Assembly (NCBI RefSeq): GCF_009914755.1
Contig: NC_060947.1
Origin: the human T2T-CHM13v2.0 reference genome, Homo sapiens
Length of the DNA: 64,000 nucleotides
Strand: one strand, 5' to 3'
A program made the translations under genes and the position numbers. Positions 48,695 through 64,000 of the stretch are shown one piece after another (the first letter of the stretch is position 1; each line of letters opens with the position of its first letter). The notes below the pieces were generated by a model that was given only the letters and a program-made list of their open reading frames with translations, did not search any database and was not told where the DNA came from.

Positions 48695-50546
48695 CTGCAG
48701 AAAGACAAAAAGATAAAAGGCTTCAAAATCAAACAATGGGGTAAACTGAGATCTTTCACTCCAAAGAAAAAATCATAGAGAGGCTTTGTTAATTATAAAA
48801 TCAACAAGAGCAGTCTTCAGATGAGAAGGACTGGAACTTTCTTGGGATCATGGGCATAATCTGGCATGTACCTGTATCAGAGTGGAGGACACTTCAGCCC
48901 TCCAGCCCCGCAAGTTGGATCCACATTTAGTTTCATCCTGTCTAGAGGGCAGACACCAAGAAGTGAAGGTCTCCTTTTGCCTTCAAAGGTCAGGCAGGTA
49001 GCCTGAGGGAAGCTGGCCATGTGTAATGGTAAGGAGTCATCTCCCTACTAAAAGACTGGTTCAGGGCAAACTGGGGAGCAGAGGCCCTATCTCAAGGGGC
49101 AGCCTCTACTTAACACGTGGCTTGTTGCCATGGGAGTTACATGAGCCCTGTGTTCCCAGATCTTCTGATTTTTCATGAGAAACTGGAAATTTAGATTTTT
49201 ATGACAACTAATTTGAAATTTTAAAAAATCATGCAGGACAAATAAGACATGACAATAAGCCAGATTATGGCCACAGGATTCTAGGAATAAAAAGATGGCT
49301 CCTGGGCAACAATTCGGCCTTTTCTCCCTCCTTGAGTCTCTGGAGCAGATTTCCAAGCAATCCAGAAATTCCTAACATAACCTGTAGGTACCTGTCAGTG
49401 CCGTTGAGGCTTGAGGGGGTGTTCAATCCCCAGCCACATGAATAATACATTAGTCAGGGTAAGAAATACAAATAAGCCTACAACTATTCTTAGCCCTTGA
49501 AGTCTTGTGGCCAGCTGGGTATTCCACATTCCCCCAAAATCCCTTAACTTAAAACAACCTGCCAAAGAGCAAGCGCATCAGCTCTTGGTATACCCAAAGG
49601 ATGAAGCAGACAATACAAAAGTCTTTTAAATACTGTTGGAGCACCAGGAAGCTGGGTCCAGGGAGTTTCCTGATGTGGAAACCATGATGAAAAGAAAATA
49701 AACTTTGGCCTCTATCTTTAGAAAAATGGTCGTCTAATCATGTATTAATATATAATTCATATAGAGTCTTCCACAGTTTGGTTAAAAGATATCAAAGGGG
49801 TCAACTACTATGACAGTTCTTTGTTTCTGCCGATATCATAAAGGAGTCTCAATCCTGGTAGTTGCTGGTATGCAGACAAAAGATACATGCATTTTCTCTA
49901 CCTATTATAACCAGTCCAGGTATAGCTATATACTCTTTCCAATGACCTTCAGGGTAATAAATGTATGAGTTGTTCTCTGGTGAACTAGAGAAAAATCTAA
50001 ATTTCCCAGAGGAAATCTAACAAGCACAGTGATCTATTCTGACACTGTTATCCATCAGTGTTCACATTTTCTTCAGTTCCATACCATTTGGCCTTGCAGC
50101 TGCTTAGCCAATGAGATTCAGAAGGGTAGGATTCAAATGCTGGCATACAACAGGCAGAATGATGCAATGTTCTGTATTTTTTTTAATAAGGAAAATTACT
50201 TTGGTTCTGTTTATGGCAGAACAGGGAAGAGACTTTTAGGTTCATCTACTTCAGTGGCAAACGGCACAATGAGTTGTTAGGAAACTAATTCAGGAGAACT
50301 ACTCTTGATTGCATTTGCACTGGGGTTCTTGGACATCACAGAAGACATGATATGAGCCACACTAGTTTGCTTAGCGATGCCAACTTCGAACCCAAGTCTA
50401 ACTTTCTTTGTACACCACTGTTCCGGGGAGCTACTACGTGCTATACCTGCATGGTTGGCTTAGCATCACAGGTGTAGCTCATGACTGGCTCTCACAGCAC
50501 AGACCCAACTGACTCAGGGTATGCTTTTGAATCTGACAGCTCTTAC

Positions 50547-50666
50547 CTCTGTGACTTTCTTTCGATCAACCACGAAGTGATCGCAGGAGTTGATGAGACT
50601 TAAAAGAGCAACTGCATCACATTCCTCAGGTCCTTGTTTGTCTGCTAGTCCTCGGGGCATGAAGGC
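50547..50666 (-). CDS. CXorf38: CXorf38 coding exon 3 (120 nt)
   Basis: ctatag|GCCTTC...ACAGAG|gtaaga; [40 protein letters not shown]. Confidence 0.95.
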
Positions 50667-51600
50667 CTATAGCAAGGGAGGGAGGAGGGGGACCTGAGTC
50701 TCTTCCAACTCTAGGAGATGGAAAGGCAATGGTTACTTGTCTATTTTCCAAATGATGACTGAAGTTCTCTTATGCACTGAGGTTTCAACTTAAAGCCTCA
50801 TGAGCCCAAAATGCAAGTAGGGAAACTGTCACAGCTAAACCTTGGCCAAGGGCAATAACTGAAGGGCTGTATTATCCCTGCTATTAGATACATATGATAT
50901 AACAGGCTTTCCATTCTGTCTTAATGGCATATAAACAGAAAGCATAACTAGAAGGCATCTTTTTTCTTTTCCTTACTGAAATTTCAGTGGTTGAGTTGTT
51001 AAATAAGAAGATTTAAAAATAAAATAAAAGTGGACACTTTCTAAATGACTTGAGGAAGTTCCGTATGGAAGTATTATATTAAGAGTCTGGGCTTTGGAGT
51101 GCAAACTGGGTTCAAATGCCAGCTCTGCCATTTGCCAGCTGTGACCTTGGTCAAGTTACCCTCAGATTCCTTATCAGTAAATGGGGGATAACTGTCCTTA
51201 TCTACTTCAAAGGATATTGTGAGAATGAAATAAGAGAATGCAGGTATAGCACTAGCACAGTGCTAGGCACGTGCTAGTAACCAGGACATCAATGCTGGCA
51301 ATTATTATGTAGATGGTGCAAGGCGAGTAGGACCCACATAGGAGTTACAGATGGAATCCGGGGATGGGAGATACTAGATATGCCAGAAGGGCCTCAAGCT
51401 AGCAGGATCTTGCCTTTAGTAGGAATTTTATGGCACAGACCCCCAAAATGGTGTTATGGGAAAGCTTGGGCGTATTTCTTTCCTGAAATATTTCTCAACT
51501 TATACTGGGATGCAACAACTTTACTAGGCTAAGAATCACAAGGGTACACTCCTGCCAAGGGACTAGAACAAAAAGTTACTCGCAATAAGAACTCTAAATA

Positions 51601-52825
<1,225 letters not shown>

Positions 52826-52926
52826 TTAGTCACCTCCGAATCAGGTGCAGTAGTTTTCTTTTCCATTATAAGGTAGGTCCTGTCTGGCATTTTCTCACCA
52901 ATATAAGCCAATCTCTTCCATGTTAA

Positions 52927-53326
<400 letters not shown>

Positions 53327-54286
53327 TAAAATTGTATTGCATACCACCGTGTTCCACATGCCAAACGCACAGCAGTGAGAAACATGTTATTGCCTCTCTC
53401 TATCCTCCACTGTCTCTTCGCTGAGTAGGAGATGGGGCTGGAAAATAAACAGAGGCCCAATTGTGCAGGGCCTTATTGGCTCTGGAAAGGTGTGGGGTTT
53501 ATTCTAAGGCCATCAGGAAGCCATCCAAGGGTTTTAGGCAAGGGTTATAGAACGATCTAATTCCCATTTGAAGACTGCACATGCTGCTGTGTGAAGGACC
53601 GACCACAGATGCTCAGAGCAGCAGAGGCCTGGTAGGAGAGGGTGAGAGTTGTGATGTGGAGATGGAAAAGAAGATTCCAAAAGTATTTTGCAGGTACAAA
53701 CAAGGAGAGAGGGGGTACTGAGAGGGAAAGAGCTGAAACAAGAGTGACTCTAGAAAGTTGGTAATGGGGAACGGGCATAGGGTGGGGGGCAAAGACAAAC
53801 TGTTCTACTTTAGAACTAAATAAAATGTGCTCCACAGGCGATGGAGTGGAGGGGGCAAGTAAGCAGTTGGATGTGTGCGTCTAGAACTCAGAAGAGAGGG
53901 CAGGGCTAGAGCCATCAATTTGGGAGCCAGTTAGCATTTAACTCCACAGGCCTGGACAATGTCACCAGAGAAGAAGGGAACAGAAGAGGCCTGGCCCTGA
54001 GTCCTGAGGAAGGCCAAAAGACATTCAGAAGGAGGCTGAGCAGGAAGAGCCAGGGAGATGGGAGGAAAGCCAAGAGGGTTTCAAGAGCAGCCAGTAATGC
54101 CAAATGGCTCTGGGAGGTAAGAGAGACGAGGTCACAGATGCAGTGGAGTGGCAGGGGCAGAAGCCGAGGCGGAGTTGGTTGAAGAGGAAGTGGGAGCAGA
54201 GGAGAAGATAACAGGTATGAAACCTCTTTTTTGAGATGCTCTGCTGGATTTGTGTATGGGAGGCAGATAGAGAAATGGGGAGATAG

Positions 54287-54770
<484 letters not shown>

Positions 54771-55039
54771 CTTAAAATCTTATTTTCCAATTATTTATTC
54801 AAGTGTTTTTAAAAAAAACAGCTTTCTTGAGATATAATTCACCCATCTACACATTATAATTCAGTGGTTTCCAGCATATTTAAAGAGGTGTGCAACCACC
54901 ACTACAGTCCATTTTAGAACATTTTCATTGCCTCAAAAAGAAACCCCATACCCATTAGCTATCATCCCTCATTCCCCAAAGCCCTGGCAACCACTAATCT
55001 ACTTCTGCTTCTATAGATCTGCCTATTCTGGATATTTCT

Positions 55040-55351
<312 letters not shown>

Positions 55352-55974
55352 TGGACATTTCTTACAAATGGAGTCTAAATGGAATTTATATAAAATGGAC
55401 ATTTCATATAAATATAATATGTGACTAGCTTCTTTCACTCAGCATACTGTTTTCAAGATTTATCCACATTGTAACTTGTATTAGTACTTAATTCCTTTGT
55501 TACATTGTTACAGCAAAACAATATCCCATTGTACAGAGATACTGCATTTTAAAAATTCCATTCATCAGCTGATGGGTATTTGGGTTGTTTCTACCTTTTG
55601 GCTATAGTGAATGGAGCTGCTATGAACATCTGCGTACATTTTTTTGTATGAATGTATGGTTTCATTTCTCCTGGGAATATACTTAGGAGGGGAATTGCTG
55701 GGTCATGTGGTAACTGTTTAATTGTTTCTTTTAAAAAAATTTAAATAAACCATGGCTATATTAAAGCTTTTTCTATGGAGATGGGAATGAGCTGCAAGAG
55801 AGAGAGTGGACAGCTGAAGCCTCAAAGGCCTTGAGCAAGAGAAAAGGGATAAGATCCAACACACGAGTGGAGGTATGAGGCAATAAGAGGAGAGACACCC
55901 TTCCTCCTCTGTAGCAGAAGGAAATAGATGGTGCACATGGAGATTAGTTGGTGTTGGCAAAAAGAAGAGGAAGT

Positions 55975-56295
55975 ATAGTCAGCCCTCCATATCCACGAGT
56001 TCCGCATTCATAGAATCAACCAACTGTGGATGAAAAATTCTCAGAAAAATAATACAACAGTAAAAAGTAATCGAAATTTTTTAAAAATATAGCATAACGA
56101 CTATTTACATAGCACTTACATTCTATCAAGTATTATAAGTAATCTAGAGATGATTTAAAGTACATAGGAGAATGTATGTAAGTAATATGCAAATACCACA
56201 TACATCATTTTATATCAGGGACTTGAGCATCTGTGGATTTTGGTATCCTTGGGGGTCTTGGAAGCAATACCCCATGGATAAGGAGAGACAACTAT
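55975..56295. mobile_element. MER2/Tigger-like DNA transposon
   Basis: tagtcagccctccatatcc...ggataaggagagacaacta imperfect terminal inverted repeats. Confidence 0.7.
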
Positions 56296-57169
56296 GTATG
56301 TCCAAGGGCCTCCATCAATTCCGTGAAGCATGAGCAAGGGCGGAGGAACGGGAGCAGGGATTTGCCAGGGAAAAGTAGTAGTCTCCAGAAACTGAAGCCT
56401 AGAGAGAGATGTGGCCAGACCGCTGGGGCTCATGATCAAGAATGAAAGTGAAACCAGTCAGTTCCCTTGTGAGATTCTTTCCCACTAATCAGAAGCAGAA
56501 AATGTCATCAGGACTGGAGTTGGGCCAGGCAAGTTCAGAGAAAGGAGAAAAAAAAAGCTGAGATAACAGCAAGGGACGGATTATAATGATGGGCCATGGA
56601 ATCTGGGCTAGCTGAGGTGACAAAGGCAGGCAGGAGGACAGAGGGTGCTGGGTATTCAGGAAGCAGTGGAAGCCTCAAAGAGGCGGAAGTAGTATGGGGC
56701 ACAGGGTTGGGGGCAGGGGTGCATGAATAAGTGTGCCAAAGGCCAGCAGGATGTTAGACACTGAGACTTTCTGTGCCAAGGTCCAGGGTGTGGGCATGCA
56801 AGCCGGAGGCTGAGGGGGAGTGAAGCAGAGGATGCTGGAATCAGGAGCCCAGAAACTGAGAGGATGGGGTTGGACTAGAAGGTCTGTAGGTGACAGCAAC
56901 CAAGAGGAGCAAAGAGTGGTATAAGGAGGTAGTACAGGCTACAAGAGGATTCCAATGGTGTGAAAGCAGCAACGCAGACCAAACAGATGAGGGACAGGCA
57001 TTGTAAAGGGCAGAGTTTTCTTTCTTTCTGTTTTTTTTCTCTTTTCTAGGTAGAAGTAGAAGTCAGCAACTCTATGGCTGCAGTGGAAAAAAATGGGGAA
57101 GATGGTGTAGGTGTGGTGGGTTTACCGGCTCGTGATACCCAAAAGTCTGGGGACCCCTGATACAGTTCA

Positions 57170-57604
<435 letters not shown>

Positions 57605-58224
57605 TAGACTGACTGCTAAAGTCAATTTGTGTTAGGAAGCCACTTCTGGCTGTCCCTCTCCGTCCCTTACTGGGCAAAAAAATTTCCTACTCGATCTACT
57701 TAGTAAGTGACATTGCCAAGATCTGAAGACAGATCCGGCTGCCTACCCCATTCCCAGCTACCCAAAGTGCCTTTAACTGGGCACTTAAGGTGCTATTTTA
57801 GCCCTAACTTCCCTTGGCTTACTCTGTCATCCTTACGGCATCCTATAGCCAAAAAAGAGCTGATGAGCTGTTCAGCGAGCCTTACCCTCAAACAGGCCAC
57901 ACAAGAGTCTCCCTCCCTCCCTGCCTGTGCTCATGATGCTCGCTCTGCATCTTGCCCCAGTATCTCTTGTAGAACTCTTTCCTGTAACTTTCCAAGCAGG
58001 GGTAACAAACTCAAATGCCCTCAGGAAGCAGACGGGTAGAAGAAAGCTTCTACTTCACTAAGCTGGGTTGGGTCCCGCATACCACCCCTGAACCGCCTAG
58101 ACCCTTGATCAATCTCTCTCTCTGCATCTGTTTATGAGGCCCCGGCGACCACAAGACCAGATAGCCACCCCGAGTGCTGGGTGACCCGCCGCTTCCTCCT
58201 TCCGTCCCCGCCTCAGGCGCTTAC

Positions 58225-58359
58225 CTTGGCCACCTCCCAGGCGTCCACGGGCCAGCGGCCCGGCCGGCAGTTTCCCCAGTGCACATCTCCATTTCTGTTG
58301 ACATGATGTCTCAAAATCTCCCTTTTCCATTCAGCGCACACCTGACACTGAGGCTGAAA
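58225..58359 (-). CDS. CXorf38: CXorf38 coding exon 2 (135 nt)
   Basis: ctgtag|TTTCAG...GCCAAG|gtaagc; [45 protein letters not shown]. Confidence 0.95.
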
Positions 58360-58522
58360 CTACAGGGGGCGGCGGTGAGGAGGGGCCCAGGAGGGAGGGA
58401 CGTCGCGGTGGGCCCCGCATCGCGGAGGGAACAGGACACTTGCGCTCTGGGTCTGGGACAGGAACGGGGATGAGGAGGGGTGGGGTGGGGGCGGTGGTCA
58501 AGGCCCCGAGCCAGGTGCTCAC

Positions 58523-58738
58523 CTGGCGGGCGCGAGGGCTGCACCGTGAGCCGCCGCGGCAGACGGCGCGGGGCCCCAGGCCGGGGGCTGCGGCGAGTAG
58601 GCCGCGGTGGAAGGAGAGCACCTCGCGGCCGACGAAACCCTGCAGGCAGCTGCGCAGCAGTAGCAGGCAGTGGCCCGCCTTCACCCAGTTCTTGTACTCG
58701 GCGCAGTTGAGGCGCGCCGCTAGCTCCGACAGCACCAT
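58523..58738 (-). CDS. CXorf38: CXorf38 coding exon 1 (72 aa)
   Basis: gacATGG start; [46 protein letters not shown]...SPRARQ|gtgagc. Confidence 0.95.
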
Positions 58739-61700
58739 GTCTCCCACTTGGAACCAGGAGGTTGCGGGGCGTGGCGGACGGCAGTGCGCAGGCGCGGAGC
58801 CTGGGAAGTACCCGAGGCAGCGGCGCCTGCGCCGGCGGCAGCGACGCCTGCGCCTGCGCGGCGCGGTGCCACCGATCCCGGGGCGGGGCATCTTGACTTC
58901 CGGGGCACGTCGGCTCCACCCCACTTGGGTGACGTCTGACGTCTGACGTCTAACAACTTTGGTGCTTGGGGAAGCAGTTAACTATTTGAAACCCTTAGGC
59001 CCTCTTCGTCCCCCAAACAGAGACCCTGTCAGCATCCGATTCGACTCCCTCTCCTAATGTAGGGCACTTCTGTTTTAACTTTTTTTTATTGTCCAGATGT
59101 ACAAGGTGCTCAGGGCACATTGCTTGAATCGTGTATGTTCTTTGCATTATACAATTCTAGAGTTACTGGTTCCTAAGCCCACAGACCAGCTGTAGCAAAT
59201 TGAGGTATTAGTGAAACGTGACCGCTGGCTGCCTGCGGTGTGCCAAGCTAACCCAAAACTCAAAATCCCCCGCCACTGGACCACCCAGAAGGGGGCGTTT
59301 GCCTGTTTAGGGCAACACATCACTTGGATTCTAGAAGGCTGCACACCTGAGCCAGATAAGGGCATCCTGAAGCACCTAGCAAAGGTTAGACGATAATTAT
59401 CTAGTATTCTTGATTATATGATAATTAGTGCTCCTTGCACATGGAAGTCTGATTTAAGTTCCAAAGAAGTGCCACAAAGGTCAGAAGGCACTGGGATTGT
59501 CAACTCCAAGTGACAAGTCAGGTCAGTTTTAGTTGTTTTTAATGAGCTTTCTGAGCTTGGAAAACATGTCAAAATTGTGTGTAGTTAAAAGCCTCTGAGG
59601 AAAGAGTCTAAACATTAAACCTTCCCGACTGTGGTTCACAGCAAAAATGTCCAGTGTTTAGGAGCACTAGCTCAGACTCAAACTGCCCCTTCTTAGCAGT
59701 TTGATCTTAAGCAACCTTAATTTGATCTCAGGCAAATTACATTTCTCTGGGCCTCCATTTACTCATTTTTAAGAAGAGGATATCAATAACCTACCACATT
59801 GGGTTGTTGTGAGGATTAAATACACATTGAAATATTAAGAAAATGCCTAGCACACAGTAAGCTCTCAGTAAATACTTGCTATTATTTTATATTGACCTAA
59901 ATATGCCCTTTCATCAATCAGTTATATTCTTGGGCAAGGTATTTTAACAAATCACTGGCCACTTGGAAGTGGAGGCAACTTGCAGAAAATTGTGAGCATA
60001 CCATGGAGTTCCTGGAGTTGTGCAGCACAGTGCTGGCTGGCCTCTGCTAACTTTGTCTTAATAACCTCAATGCTAAATCCATCCTAAGTAAATTTAAATC
60101 ACATCCTTAGACACACTGTCCATTCTCAAACCGAATGAAAAAAAAATTCCACAAGAAACAATGAAATACACATTAACATTTTCCCTCTATGTCCCTTGAA
60201 TGTAAGTTCTCTTAAAATTTTCTGTATACTGATTTTATATCAAGAACACTTGGATGATAAATAAACATTAAGGTAAAATGTAATAGGCACTTCTTTTGGG
60301 GGGAAAAACTATGAAAGGAACAACTTTTTATATTGAAATTGCATCAGAATCCAGGGTAGCAAAGTTATAACTTCTTGAAGTTATCAAATTAACCACAGTC
60401 CAAAGAATGGCTGTTAGTATCCTTTGGCTGAACAGATTACTGTGTTAATTAGAACACAGTTATTAGTGGTTCTTAAATTCAAAGTCATATAAATTTTAGT
60501 TTATGCTTGCACTTAACTCACTCAGTTAATTTTCAAACATAAGGTTCGACTCCTGTTATTAGCGACTTGACACGTTCTGCTGAAGCTCTCACTTTTCTTC
60601 TAATTCTGAAAGTACTTTTATACATTCTGAAATGGCATTTCAGCAGATGGAAAAATGAAGGTGGCAAATCAGGACCAATTTCTTATTTCAAGGTTAAATT
60701 AATACTAAACCAGACTATTAATGAAAACATCTTCATCAAAATTAACTAGAGAGTTGGTAGTTCTCTGAAACTTTGTATAAATTTTATTTATTACTGTAAA
60801 TACTAAAATCACATTGAAAACACCTTAAAGTTAAGTCCCAACCCGATTATTAGAGAAAATCACTTGGGCATCCAGTCCCCTTGATCGAACCTGGGTAACA
60901 AAAGAGGCAAAAGACATGATTTGTGATGAAACTTACTATTCAAATGCTAAATGTTTTCAAGCTTTAATAAGGTATATATCAATTCCAAGTACCAAGCATA
61001 ATATAAAAATTCAAATTCATGGGTTTACTCTTAATAAGCATCAAAAGCAAATTTTGCGCACTGAATCCTATCTTACTCTTGATTGGCACAATGCATTCAG
61101 AGATGAGTTATAATTAGGAAAAAAGAGTGTCCACTGAATGCATCATGTGTAAAAATGCAATTAACATTTCAAAACCACATTAAAAGGGAAAATACCTAAA
61201 AAGTTAACTCTTAATAAAATTATTTGAAACAATATTATCCTGCAGATAAAAATACATTTCTTGTATATACATGTAGATTTCTACATGAAAGAAAAGATTC
61301 AGCTCCAAATAGAAAAGGGCTGACCCTTGATAAAGACATCTTAGATTGCCAAACTGATGTGATTACCACTGTAAGAACTAAAAACAGAAGGATAAAAAGA
61401 TTAAGTTAAAGGAAGGATAAAAGTTTAGTCAACTGCTCCTGAACAGTGGCAGAGTTGGGTGAGAAGTGGGAGATGAAGGCAGAAATAAGACAAAGAAGAA
61501 AGGCAAAGAAGGCTTCAACTCTGATTGAAAATGAGTGGAGAATCAAACAAAGTTGAGAACAGATATGATATAGGTACAGTGAGATACTTGAAACTAGAAT
61601 TTGATAGTTGATAGTTATAGAAGCTCAATTAAATCATCTTGAAGTGGAATTAGACAAAGCATCTACATTTTAATGGAGAACCAGTATTACAGTGACCAGG

Positions 61701-62489
61701 TAACTCGGCATGGTATTATCACTTAAAAATTTTTCCTAAATACCATGAAGTCGGTAGAAGACCTTTGCATCAGACCATGTTCTTTGAAGCTTAAAAAAGT
61801 CCCTGACTGACTAGGAAAGACAGCACAGTGCTCCAAAAAGAAACCCTGCAGAGATGTATTAATACCAAAAACTCCATTTGACCCTGGACAGGCCCAGGAT
61901 TCGGGATTCTTCACAATGAGGGGAATGGACCAGGTTTCTTCCAAGCAAAACATTCTATCGTTTTGTTGACAATGAATTAAATTGAAATTGTTTAGAACAA
62001 TCCCAATTTTGGTGGGGAAGGAAAGGAGGATAAGTTAAGCAAGATAAAGAAAGCTCACAGAAACTTCATGCAGAGGTACAGCATTAAAGTTCTTTGTTTC
62101 CTAATTAATGTTGTATGCAGAAGTATTCTGTAAACTAAATTTTCCTGACAGAAAAGTTCCCACATCCTCAACAGATGAGAATGATTGCATTATTTGGGAT
62201 CCTTGATCAATACGAACCACATACTGTCCCTTCTCAAAGACTAAGTTCCTTATTTTTCACCCAAATCCTATATATTGAAAGACAACCAAGGTGCTAAATG
62301 TTAACCACTAGTCAAGTTAGGAATGTCTGAAGAAAATATATTAACCTTGACATAAAGAAGATGTTTTTGGTCAAATTTCAGACATGTATTATTATAAATT
62401 AATAACTGGCTCCATCCACCAGGTTAAAGATGAAGGGAGGGCCTAAGATGTCTCTAGAGTTTATATACACACAAGTGAGTGTCACTGTT

Positions 62490-63023
62490 TTGTTTTGTTT
62501 TTGACCTAGTTTTATTAAATATTGCTTCCTTGGGGTGTGTTTATAACAACTCCCAGAACATTTCATGTAAGGATTCAAAGCGGTCATATTAAAATACAGC
62601 TTCAATATAAAGTTTATCACAGTTTTACAGTATTCAAAAATGACAGACCTGCCTTAAAAAACAAAACAAAAACCAAAAAAGGACTATTACACCCAAAACA
62701 TAAGAAAACAATTAAATAAACAAGTTTGGCATTTTCATGACTTTATAGTATAAAACAGAATATTAAATTTATTACTGGCAAACGGACACTGATTTATTTC
62801 CTTTGAAATGTGTCCCATTTAAACACACTATACAAGTTCATTATACAAAAGATGGATGATCATTTTGATGAAAGAAGTGCACCCTGAAAATTTTTGCCAG
62901 TTTAGAATATTTAGCTCTTAAAGTTTAAAAAAAAAGTCCTTTTCCTTTTTTAAACTGAAGGCTGAATTCAGATTTTTTTTGTTGTCTCATCTGTCAGCCT
63001 TCCTGGTTTAAAAACAATAGTGT
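62490..63023 (-). other. MED14: MED14 3'UTR to the proximal poly(A) site; a longer UTR may extend towards ~60000
   Basis: U-rich - strand sequence; AATAAA(-) at 62511-62516. Confidence 0.7.
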
Positions 63024-63097
63024 CTATGGACGCCCACCAGGGGGCAGTGTAAGATTAGCCATTAAATCACGAACAGCTGCAAATATTGTGCATTCAC
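63024..63097 (-). CDS. MED14: MED14 last coding exon
   Basis: ttctctgttgcag|GT GAA TGC...CCA TAG; (G)ECTIFAAVRDLMANLTLPPGGRP*, the recognised MED14 C-terminus. Confidence 0.93.
63031..63049 (+). promoter_or_regulatory. CTCF-like motif
   Basis: CGCCCACCAGGGGGCAGTG fits the CCASYAGRKGGCR core consensus. Confidence 0.6.
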
Positions 63098-63536
63098 CTG
63101 CAACAGAGAAAAATGGTCATTAGCTATTCACAACACAGGAAAGATGTTAACACACCGGTAAGGGAAGGGGTAATTAAATCTAAAATTAGTGAGAACTTTA
63201 AAGATCAAAATAAAAGACAATTTTAACTGCCCAGATTATTGGGGATTAAGCTGTGGTGTTAAGTATCAGATTATATTTGGTTTGGATTTTTTTTCTCAGG
63301 AGGAAACTTCAAGCAAGTCCCAGTTAGGTTTGTATTTAGGAAGATATGTCTAGAGTTTCTGTTTAGAAACACTGTAGCATTAGATAAGCCTTTGAAGTTG
63401 GGCTTTAAGGCTACTGAGTGCTTATAAGGGCATTTTGGATATCATAAAAACATCTAGTTTATATTTATGCATTAGTTACAACTTTGGTGGTATCTTTCAA
63501 ACGTTGCATTAAAGGCCAGATAAAAATGTTTAGGAC

Positions 63537-63718
63537 AGCGCTGTCCAATAGAACTTTTTGTGATGATGGAAATGTTGTATAAGTGTGCCATGGCTATTAA
63601 GCACTTGTAATATAGCTAGTGTGACTGAGGAACTGAATTTAAAGTTTTATTTAATTTTCATTAACTTAAATTTAAATAGCCACATGCTGGCTAGTGGCAG
63701 TTATACTGGACAGTGCAT
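63537..63718. mobile_element. MER3-like hAT MITE
   Basis: cagcgctgtccaatagaactt...atactggacagtgc inverted termini. Confidence 0.75.
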
Positions 63719-64000
63719 GTCTCTGACATCTATTGGAGTTTTCTCCCAAAATTCAAGGAAATGGTCAACTTCCAGAGTTCAACATTAAAATCAATTAAAT
63801 ACAAAAATGATTTTCTTAAAAGCACTTCATCAGAAGAGAAGTGATGGGTGTGGGAGGTGGGGTGGGAGACTGAAGTATGGTACACCAACAATCCAAAAAC
63901 AGGATTTGTGGGTGGGGAGGGTGCTGGCGATTCATCCTGTCAACTTCTCCTTTGCTCAAAGAAACCAAATACTCTGCTTCTTGTAATTATTACAAGTATT

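Larger units (their letters stand above)
58140..58960 (-). promoter_or_regulatory. CXorf38 CpG-island promoter with NRF1-like, GC-box, ETS and CRE-like motifs
   Basis: GCGCAGGCGC/GCGCCTGCGC motifs 58785-58862, GGGGCGGGGC 58880-58889, ACTTCCGG 58896-58903, (TGACGTC)x3 58930-58950. Confidence 0.85.

Noticed and set aside
58311-58946. Overlapping 168-202 aa ORFs in other frames at CXorf38 exon 1
   Set aside because: CpG-island artefacts, since stop codons are rare at high GC
59285-59297. Second CTCF-like motif CCAGAAGGGGGCG
   Set aside because: Mismatch in the core; too weak to call without ChIP data
60543-60553. Pol III B-box GGTTCGACTCC
   Set aside because: No convincing A-box or cloverleaf nearby; cannot support a tRNA call

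Overview
Human (primate) genomic DNA rich in Alu/L1 repeats, recognisable as the Xp11.4 ATP6AP2-MPC1L-CXorf38-MED14 interval. The + strand carries coding exons 2-9 and the 3'UTR of ATP6AP2 ((pro)renin receptor / V-ATPase accessory protein) and the intronless retrogene MPC1L (136 aa). The - strand carries all of CXorf38 (6 coding exons, 319 aa, plus a 3'UTR exon) and the last coding exon and 3'UTR of MED14. Most tracked ORFs are Alu or microsatellite artefacts. Less obvious items: (1) a ~2.5 kb poly(A)-tailed, TSD-flanked retrocopy that appears to derive from the lncRNA OIP5-AS1 (Cyrano), inserted into an old L1 and lying head-to-head with MPC1L; (2) between them, a diverged ~82-bp x7-8 tandem array with an E-box palindrome and a GCACTTTA motif in most units; (3) a near-consensus CTCF motif inside the last codons of MED14; (4) a perfect 16-bp hairpin, probably from template switching, and three Alus stacked at one target site. 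Gene names come from recognising the translated sequence, no database search was run, and repeat boundaries and families are approximate.
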